A stretch of DNA of 59,114 nucleotides, counting the filler. It is 5 parts of 5 records of this genome, joined end to end, with 100 filler letters (N's around TTAATTAATTAA, not from the genome) between each part and the next. Parts side by side here need not be neighbours in the genome. Positions count along the whole stretch, not along the records: positions 39,495 to 47,276 come from DRR723986_9893; positions 47,377 to 59,114 come from DRR723986_9894; 3 more parts are not named here. The stretch is one strand, 5' to 3'. Below the pieces are notes generated by a model. That model ran no database searches, had not been told where the DNA came from, and saw nothing but the letters and a program-made list of their open reading frames with translations. A program made the position numbers and the translations under genes. Numbering within the stretch: position 1 is the first letter of the stretch; each line of letters begins with the position of its first letter. Of this stretch, positions 43,290-53,484 are shown piece after piece.

Positions 43290-44624
43290 ATGGAAGTTAT
43301 TCACCACGGTGCTTTGCACGGTGTTACTGGGTCTTGCCATCGGCTAATTGTCGCCCCAGGTCGCAGCATTCTGGTTGACTGCGGCCTGTTCCAAGGGAAA
43401 GATGCCAAGGGGCGTGACGAGTCGAATCCGATCGATTTTGACATCGACGACGTCAAGGCTCTCGTTGTCACCCACGTGCACCTGGATCACGTCGGCCGCA
43501 TTCCATTCCTGCTTGCTGCAGGTTTTAACGGGCCGATCTACTGCAGCCCTCCGACGGCAAAACTGCTGCCGCTGATGCTGGAGGATGCTCTGCGAGTCGG
43601 TGTCACGCGGAACAAGCGGCTGATCGAGCGATTCCTGCTCGACCTTCGCAAGCACATTCGACCGCTTTCGTTTGCAAAGTGGCATCAACTCGACGGTGGG
43701 CTCGAAATCCGGCTTACACCTGCAGGCCACGTCCTTGGTTCGGCCATTGTTGAATTCGACTCCCAAGGCGAGAGAGTTGTCTTCAGTGGTGACCTGGGCA
43801 GTCGCCACCAACCGCTGCTGAAGGATCCGGTCAGCCCCGAACGAGCCGACTTGCTGATTCTTGAGAGCACATACGGCGATCGAAACCACGTCGGCCGCGA
43901 TGAACGGATCAGCCAGTTGCACCGCGTCCTGTGCCGCACGCTCGATGACAAGGGCGTGACGATTATACCCGCCTTTAGTGTTGGGCGAACCCAAGAGCTG
44001 CTCTATGAGATGAACCACATCTTCGAACTCATGCAGGCTGAGCAACGTTGCTCAATGCTGAATCGTGTCGATGTGATCATCGATTCCCCGCTCGCACAGC
44101 GGTTCACCGAAGTGTACAAATCGCTGCAAGCCTACTGGGACGACGAAGCTCAGAAGGTTCTCAAGTACGATGACCAACCATTGGTTTTCGAGAACATGGT
44201 CAACATTGAGAACCACGGCGAACATCGCGATACGGTCGAGTATCTCAAGGAAAGCGAGATTCCTGCCATCGTGATTGCCGCCAGCGGAATGTGCACGGGC
44301 GGACGAGTGGTGAACTATTTGAAAGAATTCATCGGCGATGAACGGACGGACATTGTGTTCGTTGGCTATCAAGCCGAAGGTACGCAGGGACGCTACATTC
44401 AGGAAGGAGACTGGGTGAAGTTCGATGGCAAGCGTTATGATATTCGAGCCAAAAGTCACCAGCTCTCGGGTTACTCAGCCCATGCCGATCAGTCAGACCT
44501 ACTCCGGTTTGCCGGAGGGTTTGCTGAAAAACCCAAGGCAATACGCCTGGTGCACGGCGAAACTCATGCAAAACGTGCGCTCCGCGAGAAGCTAACGCAG
44601 GCCGGCCACAGTGTTATCGACTAG
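43290..44624 (+). CDS. MBL-fold beta-CASP metallo-hydrolase (probable nuclease)
   Basis: VTGSCH, DCGLFQG, THVHLDHVG, AGHVLGS, ESTYG, SGMCTGGR, SAHAD and VHGE motifs. Confidence 0.93.
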   Translation: MEVIHHGALHGVTGSCHRLIVAPGRSILVDCGLFQGKDAKGRDESNPIDFDIDDVKALVVTHVHLDHVGRIPFLLAAGFNGPIYCSPPTAKLLPLMLEDALRVGVTRNKRLIERFLLDLRKHIRPLSFAKWHQLDGGLEIRLTPAGHVLGSAIVEFDSQGERVVFSGDLGSRHQPLLKDPVSPERADLLILESTYGDRNHVGRDERISQLHRVLCRTLDDKGVTIIPAFSVGRTQELLYEMNHIFELMQAEQRCSMLNRVDVIIDSPLAQRFTEVYKSLQAYWDDEAQKVLKYDDQPLVFENMVNIENHGEHRDTVEYLKESEIPAIVIAASGMCTGGRVVNYLKEFIGDERTDIVFVGYQAEGTQGRYIQEGDWVKFDGKRYDIRAKSHQLSGYSAHADQSDLLRFAGGFAEKPKAIRLVHGETHAKRALREKLTQAGHSVID

Positions 44625-44663
44625 CTGGGTTATTGACTAGCTAGCTGGGTTATCGACTAGCTG
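44613..44663. repeat. Triple tandem repeat spanning the stop codon
   Basis: GTTATCGACTAGCTGG / GTTATTGACTAGCTAGCTGG / GTTATCGACTAGCTG. Confidence 0.85.
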
Positions 44664-44709
44664 CATCACCCGGTCGGGTGCCTCGCTGGTTAGGAAACAC
44701 ACCAGCGGT

Positions 44710-47276
44710 CTATTGCTCGTCCTCGGAATTCTCCGGTGTTCTGTATAGAAAAGCATCACTGGTCAGAAGCGACATAATCAGGGCTTTCATGCTGCCGCCG
44801 TTGTCCCGATAGGCCCGATGAGCGGCTCGTAGAACGGGAGCATCGTGGAGCGTCTCGTTGCGGCCCATCCAAAAACGAAACGCGTGTCGCACAAAAACCT
44901 GCTCGACGCGCTCACTCTCGGCGAGCTTTTGAATCATATCGATCGCATTTTCCACTTCGCCGTCCAGCTTACTATCGCCCGACGCAATAATTTCTCCGGA
45001 AGTGTCGACTGGCCGGTTCAATTCTGTCGTTCGATAAATTCCCGCGTGGTTGTACATCTCAAAGGGCAACCCAAGCGGATCCATCTTCTGGTGACAGGTC
45101 CAACAATAGCTTTCGCGCGTGACCCGCATTCGCTCTCGCAGCGATTTGTGCGGTTCGTCAGGCAGCATCGCATCGACGGTAATGGGAACATCTGGAATCC
45201 CACCACCCAGCAATCGTTCACGGACCCAGCGTCCTCTGAGAATGGCGTGGTTGTCCATCGCATCAGAGTGAGACACCAACCAGCTTGGATGAGTGAGAAT
45301 GCCTAGTCGTTCGCCCTGCGGGACCGTAGCTAGTTCTCGCTCCGGTTTCATCGAACCGTTTCCAAAACTGCGGCGACTCACGCGTGCGAACAGTTTTGGA
45401 CCTTTCAGATCGGCCTCTTCTACATACTGGTTGCCGACATTGAGACTACGCTTGGCGGCAGCCTGCTTGCGCTCAAGGTTCGTGACCGCGCGTTTTGCAA
45501 GTGTAACCCGTCGCTCAAGAGGCTTCGAACTCGGCTCGGCCTCCAATTGCTTCTCAAGCTCCGCGAGTTCTTTCGACGCAGTTTCCAGTTCTTTCTCAGC
45601 ACGCTCAAATGCCCCTCGGGCGACAAGCTTGGCATCAGCTACAGCCGCCTTTGCCTCGGCCGGAGTACGGCGTCGACCGAAATAAACATTGTCTGACTTG
45701 GCGGCGACGACGCGATCGGTGGTTAGCAACTCTTTCAGTACATCGCGGTCTTCTTGCAAGATCAACTCGACCAAGCGGTCGGTGCTGGCGGTGGCACCAA
45801 ACATCGCACGATAATGGCCCTGGCCGCGATTGTTGGCACCAGTGTCGCCAAGAGCCCGAGTGTCTTTACAGATGTAGCCGGCAAGATCGTAATCAAAATA
45901 GTCGCGAAAGAACTGCAGCACTCTTGGTTTGCGAATTGAGTCGTCGTCGAGCATTCGCTCCACCTCGCGTCGAACATCCTCGCGGGTTCGCATTCGCCCT
46001 TCGATGATGGCTAAGCGCAGGGCCTCATCAGGCTGGAGGTAACGCAACGCGTGATTGACTGCTAGACCGAGCTGCCAGTCTTGCAGCATGACGCGACCAT
46101 GTGCATCGGCCACTCCGGTTGGCAACTCTGGCCGAAAGAGTGCATCGCGATCAAGAAAAATCGTCGACAGCCCCAGCACCGCCCCGTCTTCCTTGCCAAT
46201 TTCATCAATCGATTGCTTCAAAATGTCTAGATAGGCCTGAGATTCGTCCACCGTGGGCGGGCGAAATGTCAACGCTTCGAAAAGGAAGTCTACGGCAGCA
46301 CGCAGCTTCTGCTCAGTGGCTTCGGCGTCGGTGGCTTCGGCTTCGCCGTCCTTCATCAGCTCGTACACGGGCGTCAGCGGTCGCTTCACTTCAGTGCTAT
46401 AGACAAGCGCTGTGGGCAAACCGCGGAGGTCGCCATCAAACTTGTAAGAGTTCGGGTCATCGGTAATCTGCTCTGGATTCGCGATGCTCAGCGGCCCATA
46501 AGCCATATAGCGAATAATGTCCTTAGCAATCCCAAGGATCTGAGTGGCTTCGGCGCTGTTGACGGTATAGAACCCGGGGTAATTCTCCAAGCCATGTTTC
46601 CGCGCCGTTGACAGCACTGCCGGCACGCTCTTGACTGACGTTGCGTAAGCGACGGTGCCGCCTTGCCACTTGATGATTCGATCGGTGCCGAAATACAGCT
46701 TCAGCTCACCGCCGTGGTTCGTTGGTACCGCGTCGCCACGAGTGCGGCCCCCCGGCTTGGCCGGATCGAAAGCTGGTTCTGAGTTGATTAGCTCGTTCAG
46801 CCGCGTAATGTGCTCCGAAGGCGTAAGACGCCACAGCCTGGCAGGAGAAGAGGTTGGAACGAGCTTGATTTCTTCTGGCAACTGCCCGAAAAGCAAATCG
46901 TGACTGACGAAGTTACCTTTGTTTGGATCCAGATGTTCACGAAAGCCTCCCGTGTGAGCCATCGTGGCGTCGAGTGTGCTGATGATCCAATCGATGAACC
47001 TGAGTCGCTCGACGGCTTCAACTTCGCTGGCATCCCGAGGTGGCATTTCTTCCAATGCGACTTGCGCCCAGACAGATTTCCAAACGGCGGCGTTGACCGT
47101 GTCGATAGGTCCTAGGTCGGCTAGTGACAAGCCAGCTTCGGGATCTGACGCGCCATGGCAGTCCACGCAGTGCTGGGCAAGGAAGGGCTGAGCAAGATCG
47201 GAAAACGCTTGTTCGGCTGGCTGCCCCGGTGTGTAAGTGTTGTCGCCCTGACCGCTTGGGGCCTGACCGCTTGGGG
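44710..47276 (-). CDS. Planctomycete-type cytochrome c protein (DUF1592/1588/1585-like), 5' truncated
   Basis: Frame open to the contig end; HCVDCHG heme motif, [30 protein letters not shown] and [12 protein letters not shown]. Confidence 0.85.
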
Positions 47277-47376
47277 NNNNNNNNNNNNNNNNNNNNNNNN
47301 NNNNNNNNNNNNNNNNNNNNTTAATTAATTAANNNNNNNNNNNNNNNNNNNNNNNNNNNNNNNNNNNNNNNNNNNN
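47277..47376. other. Artificial contig spacer
   Basis: Same 100-nt linker. Confidence 0.99.
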
Positions 47377-47471
47377 CGTATTGGATAAGGACATGTCCTG
47401 AGCAAAAACGCCTCCGGACAGGACTGTGCAGAAGAGAAGACAAGCAGTAGCGACGTATTTTGACATCTTTT

Positions 47472-48002
47472 TCAGGCTTTCTTTGTGTTACGCTGATTGG
47501 CCGATACAGCTTTTTGGTAGAGCTTGTTGTTTTCAATAGCCTGCAGCACTGCGCCAATTAAAAAATCAATACTTGAAGGAGCTCTGACGCTGGCATCCGC
47601 AATCGCCATTCTCTGGATGGAGAGATCATTGTAAGTGAATTGATCCGATGTGATCACAACAGGGATCGTTGGGTTGTGCAATCGAAATTCCAGAAGCCAA
47701 TCAATAGCATTGTCGAGGCATTTAAAGATATCAACATCGACGAGAAGCACAATGCTTTTATTGGTGAAAAAAAGCATAGAGGGCGCTTCCGAGCAGTCAT
47801 TGAACACAACCCGCCCCCAATCGGGAAGCATAAAATTAGCCTTGTGCCATATGTAAGAACCGGTCCTAGACATAATATAAAGAGTTGTGTTGTGCTTTAT
47901 CGCCGCCTTCGCGGCGTCATCATTGAATTGAATGCGCGTCAAAGGGTTATCAAGCTTTACCTGAGCGCCAGCCAAATTAATTGATACTTTTGAAGCCGCC
48001 AT
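47472..48002 (-). CDS. Hypothetical protein, possible degenerate receiver domain
   Basis: LLVDVD...FRLHNPTIPVVITS...ADASVRAP resembles a CheY-like fold; start uncertain. Confidence 0.5.
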   Translation of the reverse strand: MAASKVSINLAGAQVKLDNPLTRIQFNDDAAKAAIKHNTTLYIMSRTGSYIWHKANFMLPDWGRVVFNDCSEAPSMLFFTNKSIVLLVDVDIFKCLDNAIDWLLEFRLHNPTIPVVITSDQFTYNDLSIQRMAIADASVRAPSSIDFLIGAVLQAIENNKLYQKAVSANQRNTKKA

Positions 48003-48201
48003 GTAGCTACGCAAGCCCCCGGGTCCCAGACATCATTTATTTATTGTAAATTAGCACGCCATGACACAGGATGGGTCAAGCATACGTTTCCCGGCTCTGT
48101 CTTTAGATAGACCTATTTCTAAGGGTGAGCTCTTATTTCTTTGATTGGCTGTGGGTACTCTACGTTGGTGGATTGATTTCACACTCGTAAGATAGACAGG
48201 G

Positions 48202-49068
48202 TCATTGACGAACAATCCCGCCGTTCACGGCCCCGATTACAGTCGTAACAACGTCATGAACAACCGCGGAGCGCGCATGGACGGTGGTCATAACCCTGCC
48301 AACTATGGAGGATGAATTGGATGCTATGTTCAGTGCGAGAAATGCGGTGTCTTCAGTGCCACCGATCGCGTCGGTTACCCCAGTAATTGCGTAGGTTGAT
48401 GTTGACTCTGCCTCGGAAACTGCTCCGTTGACGCCATTTGCGATTTGGGAAAGGGCGTAGTTCATTTCTGGAACTGAAAGGTCCGGATTGAAATCGATGT
48501 TGATACTGCTGACGATTTCTCCTGCGTTCACGGCACCGAGTGCAGTTGTTTGAATGGTCCCAACGTCGAATATTTGGTCAAAATCAAACTCGATGGCTGC
48601 AATTTCGGTTAGTTCAGGGAATATGACGCCGCTAATTTGTGTCGTGATGCTTGCATCAATATATGACGTCATCAAAACCTGTGCCGCTTCCAGGCTCTGA
48701 CCACTAAAATCGCTTTCGTAAAGTGAAAGTTGCGCTGCTGGTTCCAGTTGGAACAACATGGATCCCACTGGGTAGAATCCGGGCGGCAAGCCTCGAACAT
48801 GATCAAGCGCGTCTTCTGCTGTCACTGTCAGACCGGTTTCCCCGACTGTCGCATAGTCCGGTTGACCTGTTGCGTCATAGCCAACAATGACACGGTCGCC
48901 AGCCGTCAAGTATCGAGGCATCAGGATCATGCCGGAAGGGCTGTTGTCGGCCAGATTGATCATCATCGAGTTCACGTTTAGCGATTCAATTTCTTCCAGC
49001 AGAGGAAGCAAACGATCAAAGAACGTCTCTGCTTTCGCCATCGTTGACGTGGAGAGCACCAAAAACAT
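48202..49068 (-). CDS. Secreted TTALGAVN-motif protein, paralog C (start uncertain; frame open to 49374)
   Basis: Hydrophobic segment ending AKA; TTALGAVNAG and TTVIGAVNGG; C-terminal half aligns by eye with 49473-50330. Confidence 0.7.
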   Translation of the reverse strand: MFLVLSTSTMAKAETFFDRLLPLLEEIESLNVNSMMINLADNSPSGMILMPRYLTAGDRVIVGYDATGQPDYATVGETGLTVTAEDALDHVRGLPPGFYPVGSMLFQLEPAAQLSLYESDFSGQSLEAAQVLMTSYIDASITTQISGVIFPELTEIAAIEFDFDQIFDVGTIQTTALGAVNAGEIVSSINIDFNPDLSVPEMNYALSQIANGVNGAVSEAESTSTYAITGVTDAIGGTEDTAFLALNIASNSSSIVGRVMTTVHARSAVVHDVVTTVIGAVNGGIVRQ

Positions 49069-49106
49069 AAGATATAAAATGGTGACACTGACTTTTCCGA
49101 GCTGTC

Positions 49107-49332
49107 GACCCGCCGGCCTCTGAAAGAAACCAGCGGGCCTCCAAAGGGCTCTCACCGGGGAGCAAGAGCGCCCACGGCTACCGTCGCATGGCAAAAAGAC
49201 AGCAGCCGGTTCTTCTATTCGAAGGTCCGGCGACGCGCCGTGTGCGCCCAAGCGCGCGCCGAACCTTTCCTGGGCCTTGCCTGGGGGGCAAAACAGACCC
49301 AGCCCCGCGCTATCGGGCAGTTGATTGCGCGG
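49107..49332 (-). ncRNA. Candidate structured RNA / leader (six consecutive hairpins)
   Basis: Six adjacent stems whose mismatches are largely G-U pairs on the minus strand; GC-rich island in AT-rich surroundings. Confidence 0.55.
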
Positions 49333-49472
49333 ATTCAGAGATTTCCGTTTTCTTGGTTTGCAAATAGTCGGCATTTATTGAAAAATTTTGATTCACCTTA
49401 GTCTAGCTGTTGTCGTTGTTGTTTTCGGTGTGGTGGCGAAAATATCCGCCACCACTGTTCCGATAGGAACTA

Positions 49473-50330
49473 TCAGGGCAGGGTCTGCTGACCGGACGAC
49501 GAACCGGTGATGCCGGTGATCACACCGTCGATGCCCGATGTGATCGTACCGGTGTTAACCGCACCGAGCGCGGTGGTCGACAGGTTGCCGATCGTACCGT
49601 TCACTTCGTTCATCGTATTGGTGATCGAGCCGTTTACGCCGGTCATGTTCGACGCAACGTTGATCACGATTGCACCGGTGTCAGCCGAACCACCGATCTG
49701 GTTCATCACGGACGAAAGTGCGTTGGTGGTGCTGGTCGATGCCTCGTCGATGGCGGAGTTCACGCCGAGCGTGATGTCGCCGGTGTTGACAGCACCAAGT
49801 GCCGTCGTCGCCATGTCACCGAAGTTCAGCGTCGGCATGTTCCACTCGGTTGCCGATACGCCAGCAGATGCGACGGCTTCCTGAGTTGCCTGATCGATTC
49901 CGTCGACGATGTTGGTGATCGAGCCGTTGATGTCGCCACCTTGCGTTTGGAACGAGGTGTAGTCATTCGCAACATCAGATGTTGCAGCGTCTACTGCCAA
50001 ATCCATACTTGCGTAGTCTGAGCCACCGTAGGAGTAGACGGTGGTGGTTACGGGGGGGTCCCCAGCCGTGGTCGAAGATGCAGTAATCGAATCCAATGCA
50101 GAGTTAACCGCAGCATCATACTGGGCTTGCGAGATGATATCGCCGTTCGCATCCATGTATGCAGTGGTCGTACCACCACCGATGTTTTCAGCAATGTTTG
50201 CAAACGTGCCGTTCACGGATGCCAGGTTGGTGTCGTTGCTGATTTGGGTCAGTACACGCTCCAGAACGGATTGTGCGGAAGCTGTAGATGCCATTGCAAC
50301 TAGTGCGATGGCGGTAGTGGCAAGAACTGT
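49473..50330 (-). CDS. Secreted TTALGAVN-motif protein, paralog B (native start codon apparently lost at the element junction)
   Basis: TVLATTAIALVAMASTASAQ signal h/c region; TTALGAVNTG twice and NGSITN twice; upstream GTG at 50351 has no SD. Confidence 0.75.
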   Translation of the reverse strand, partial: TVLATTAIALVAMASTASAQSVLERVLTQISNDTNLASVNGTFANIAENIGGGTTTAYMDANGDIISQAQYDAAVNSALDSITASSTTAGDPPVTTTVYSYGGSDYASMDLAVDAATSDVANDYTSFQTQGGDINGSITNIVDGIDQATQEAVASAGVSATEWNMPTLNFGDMATTALGAVNTGDITLGVNSAIDEASTSTTNALSSVMNQIGGSADTGAIVINVASNMTGVNGSITNTMNEVNGTIGNLSTTALGAVNTGTITSGIDGVITGITGSSSGQQTLP

Positions 50331-50426
50331 TTGCCAGAAAAAATAAAGCACTGAAGCCGAATCAGAACTTTATTTTTTGTGTACAATGGGTATATTGATT
50401 TTGCAGGTGACAATCAACAGGATTCT

Positions 50427-51359
50427 ATGCACGATCAAACACCGAACTTCACGATAGATCACGATCAGTCTCAAACTATCATAACTTTGGCCGTGTTCTT
50501 TGATAGCTACTACCTTCCAGACGCCTCGATCCGCAAAAAGACTTGCAAACAGGATCAATATATATTCAACAAACACATTCGCTCACAGTTGGGGCATCTG
50601 ACGTTTACTGAACTTACGCCATTGATGCTTGACACTTGGGTGCGTAAACATCTCGATCAGGGCTACGCCCCTGTCACAGTCAACAAACATATTTTTCTAA
50701 TGAACCGCTTGCTGAACATGGCACGGCATTGGGGGTTTATTGCGCATAACTTTTTCGAAAACCGCCTGATCCGTAAGCTTCCCATTGGCAACTTCCGTCA
50801 AGTTTTTTTGACTGAAGACCAGATCAAGTCTTTACTTGAAGCATGCAAGGCGGATTCACACATGCACATTTATCACGTCGCCAAGTTGCTTCTTCTGACC
50901 GGGGCACGTGGTGGCGAACTTCGCAGTGCTTTATGGGAGCATGTCAACTGGCAAGGTTACATCTGGGAAGTACCTGTTGCAAAGGGTGGACGTCCCCGTC
51001 GAATATTCTTGGGCGATGCTGCTATACAGGTCTTTAAGGATATTCAGGACTTGAACCAAAGCAATGGATTGCCGACTCGTCCAAAAGACCCAGTGTTCAT
51101 GAACCCGTGGCGAAAGATCGCCTATGGGCATTTTCACAGTTGTTGGGTTCGCTGTCGTAATCGCGCCGGACTAACGGATGTTCGAATGCACGATCTTCGT
51201 CATACCTATGCAAGCATCCTGATCAACAAAGGCGTCAGTCTATACGAAGTACAACGCCTTTTAGGTCATCATCACATAACTATGACAGAACGGTATGCAC
51301 ACTTACAACCAAACACTCTGAAGTCGAAAGTTGATTTGGTTTCGGATTTCATCGCGTGA
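50427..51359 (+). CDS. Phage-type tyrosine integrase
   Basis: SAM-like N-terminal region; TGARGGE, K, HDLRH, LGH and ERYAH catalytic residues; SD AGGA before ATG 50427. Confidence 0.93.
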   Translation: MHDQTPNFTIDHDQSQTIITLAVFFDSYYLPDASIRKKTCKQDQYIFNKHIRSQLGHLTFTELTPLMLDTWVRKHLDQGYAPVTVNKHIFLMNRLLNMARHWGFIAHNFFENRLIRKLPIGNFRQVFLTEDQIKSLLEACKADSHMHIYHVAKLLLLTGARGGELRSALWEHVNWQGYIWEVPVAKGGRPRRIFLGDAAIQVFKDIQDLNQSNGLPTRPKDPVFMNPWRKIAYGHFHSCWVRCRNRAGLTDVRMHDLRHTYASILINKGVSLYEVQRLLGHHHITMTERYAHLQPNTLKSKVDLVSDFIA

Positions 51360-51549
51360 ATGTTCGGGACCAGATCAAGGGATGTCTGCCAATGGTTAGA
51401 AAACATTGATTATCTAACCAAATCACCTTACATCATTGTTTTATATATATATTTCCCCACACCCCCTTCGAGCCCCCTGCCCATTTGGTTAGATTATCCC
51501 CGATATCAAACTTTCTTAACCCTTCCCATCCCCCAAGCAAGGAGTTGCC

Positions 51550-52122
51550 ATGGCATTAGGCAAACAAGCCAAGACACTGACAGACCCCCAGATCAAGGCG
51601 GTGTTGTCACACCTGTCCGGCACCCGTGATCCAATCCGCAATCAGGTCATGTTCCTGTTGTCTGTGGATGCCGGATTGCGGGCCAAGGAAATCGCTTCGA
51701 TCACGTGGTCGATGGTCACCACATCGGATGGATCGATTGGGGATGTGATCCGCTTGCAGGATGTCGCCGCCAAGGGCAAGTCCGGTGGTGTGATCTTCAT
51801 CAGCAAGCGTTTGCGACAGCACTTGGACATTTATAGCCAATCGCAAAGATTGACGGGGGCGATCATCACATCGCGATCTAGCAAGCCCATGTCGGCACAG
51901 GTGGTCACGAACTGGTTCTGGACCCTGTATCGCGATCTGGGCATGGACGGCTGCTCCAGCCACTCAGGACGCCGTACAGCGATCACACGGTGGGCACGGG
52001 GCATCACGGCTGCTGGTGGCTCCCTGCGCGATGTGCAGGCCTTGGCACGGCATTCTTCCTTGCAGATGACCCAACGCTATATTGACGTATCCGAAGATGC
52101 GATGAAGAAGGTCGTGGGGTGA
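51550..52122 (+). CDS. Small catalytic-domain-only tyrosine recombinase
   Basis: 190 aa; GLRAKE, AKGK, HSGRR, ARH and QRY; SD AGGAG. Confidence 0.92.
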   Translation: MALGKQAKTLTDPQIKAVLSHLSGTRDPIRNQVMFLLSVDAGLRAKEIASITWSMVTTSDGSIGDVIRLQDVAAKGKSGGVIFISKRLRQHLDIYSQSQRLTGAIITSRSSKPMSAQVVTNWFWTLYRDLGMDGCSSHSGRRTAITRWARGITAAGGSLRDVQALARHSSLQMTQRYIDVSEDAMKKVVG

Positions 52123-52267
52123 CACCGGTCAAAAGCGGTCATCCGTGACTCAAAGCCGATAAAGCTGATAGCTTCCTTGGGTGAGAATCAGACGTCAGCC
52201 GATATATGTGCCGCCCATGAATGTGCTGTGGCGGCACGTAACGGTCTCAAATCAAGGAAGGTTCAGG

Positions 52268-52804
52268 ATGATCAAAAAACTTGCTGCAGCAGCTATCGCT
52301 AGCTGTCTTGGCTTCGGACCGATGGTGGTGCAAGCCCAAAACTTGACGCTCCATGACACCCTCGTCGCAGCGCAGGTTGTCAGCCACCACGATAGGCACA
52401 CCGTTCGCATGATCCAGCGCAACCTTGCCCATTATGCGTACTACTCAGGTCCTATCGATGGCATTTGGGGGCCTCAGACCGAAATGGCCGTAGATTTGGC
52501 CCATCGCGCGGCCTATCCGCATCTTTATCAAGTCGTAGATCACGAAGATGGGTCTGGGAACGTTACGTTGGTTCCCATTCAAGCCGCTGTGACAGTCGTG
52601 CAGTCCGACAGGTATGTAACCTTGCCGCATATCAATCGAAGCGTACCAGCCTATTACCATATTGAAGGGCAAGGAACTGTTTGGCTGGATATCGCCTATG
52701 ACACCCGCCCAACTGCTCAACGCTATGACACTTTGATGGTTGACCGTGTTGATGGATATCGTGTGATAGCGCCAACTGTGCGCGTGCCTGTTGTTCGTCA
52801 CTGA
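52268..52804 (+). CDS. Secreted peptidoglycan-binding domain protein
   Basis: Signal peptide MIKKLAAAAIA...AQ; IQRNLAHYAYYSGPIDGIWGPQT is a PG_binding_1-like motif. Confidence 0.75.
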   Translation: MIKKLAAAAIASCLGFGPMVVQAQNLTLHDTLVAAQVVSHHDRHTVRMIQRNLAHYAYYSGPIDGIWGPQTEMAVDLAHRAAYPHLYQVVDHEDGSGNVTLVPIQAAVTVVQSDRYVTLPHINRSVPAYYHIEGQGTVWLDIAYDTRPTAQRYDTLMVDRVDGYRVIAPTVRVPVVRH

Positions 52805-52808
52805 ACCA

Positions 52809-52851
52809 AAAAGCCCCGGGACAACACTCAAATCGTTGTTCCGGGGATTTT
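52809..52851. terminator. Bidirectional terminator-like hairpin
   Basis: AAAAGCCCCGGGACAAC...GTTGTTCCGGGGATTTT between convergent genes. Confidence 0.7.
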
Positions 52852-52871
52852 GAAGCACTCTTTGGTCCTGA

Positions 52872-53180
52872 TCAGATTTTCAGGTCTTCCAGCGACACAC
52901 CTTCTTCCAGATAAGCGATCACCCAGTTTGGACGACGACCACGGCCTGTCCATGTCCGATCTGGATTGCGTGGATCAGCGTATTGGGGAAGGCTGTCTGA
53001 TCGACTCTTGGCAGTTGTTCCCCCAAAGATTTCGTCAAGACTGAACCCGTATTCAGCGGCGACTGCTTTTGCAGCGGCTTGGGCTTCCAACTTGCGACGT
53101 TTTTCCAGTGTCACAAGGGCCTTATCGATGTCCTTGCTCAGTTGCTTCAGTTCAGCAAGGGATAGGTCATTCAAGTCCAT
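52872..53180 (-). CDS. H-NS family nucleoid protein
   Basis: LSLAEL coiled N-terminus; YADPRNPDRTWTGRGRRPNW DNA-binding motif. Confidence 0.93.
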   Translation of the reverse strand: MDLNDLSLAELKQLSKDIDKALVTLEKRRKLEAQAAAKAVAAEYGFSLDEIFGGTTAKSRSDSLPQYADPRNPDRTWTGRGRRPNWVIAYLEEGVSLEDLKI

Positions 53181-53246
53181 ATGGATCACCAGTCAGATTG
53201 TCAGATGCCGGACCGTATCTTGCCGAACATGGGAATGCAAACGCGA

Positions 53247-53459
53247 TCATTGCCACGGTTTTTGATCCTGTATCGCCAGACGAACCGCGTTCATGTAATC
53301 CCGTTCCGCTTCGGATAGGATCGACCAAAACTTTGTGATCGACTCGACAAGGCTGATCAGATCATCAAAATCCTGACCATGGCCCAAGTGTTTTTGGGAC
53401 TGCATGGACGTATGCAAAGTATCAAACCGGGATTGTAGTTTCTCTCGCAACTTGGTCAT
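53247..53459 (-). CDS. Hypothetical protein (70 aa)
   Basis: MTKLREKLQ... with SD AAGGA; co-oriented small-gene cluster. Confidence 0.6.
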   Translation of the reverse strand: MTKLREKLQSRFDTLHTSMQSQKHLGHGQDFDDLISLVESITKFWSILSEAERDYMNAVRLAIQDQKPWQ

Positions 53460-53484
53460 GCGATTCCTTTTGTTAGTAGATGAT

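Noticed and set aside
44613-44663. Possible mini-CRISPR
   Set aside because: No spacers, units too short, no cas genes in the window.
25946-47376. Four identical TTAATTAATTAA motifs as a biological repeat
   Set aside because: Each is centred in a fixed-length N run; this is a contig-joining linker.
49069-49374. Long N-terminal extension of the 390-aa ORF
   Set aside because: Not protein-like, precedes a signal-peptide-like segment and coincides with the hairpin array.
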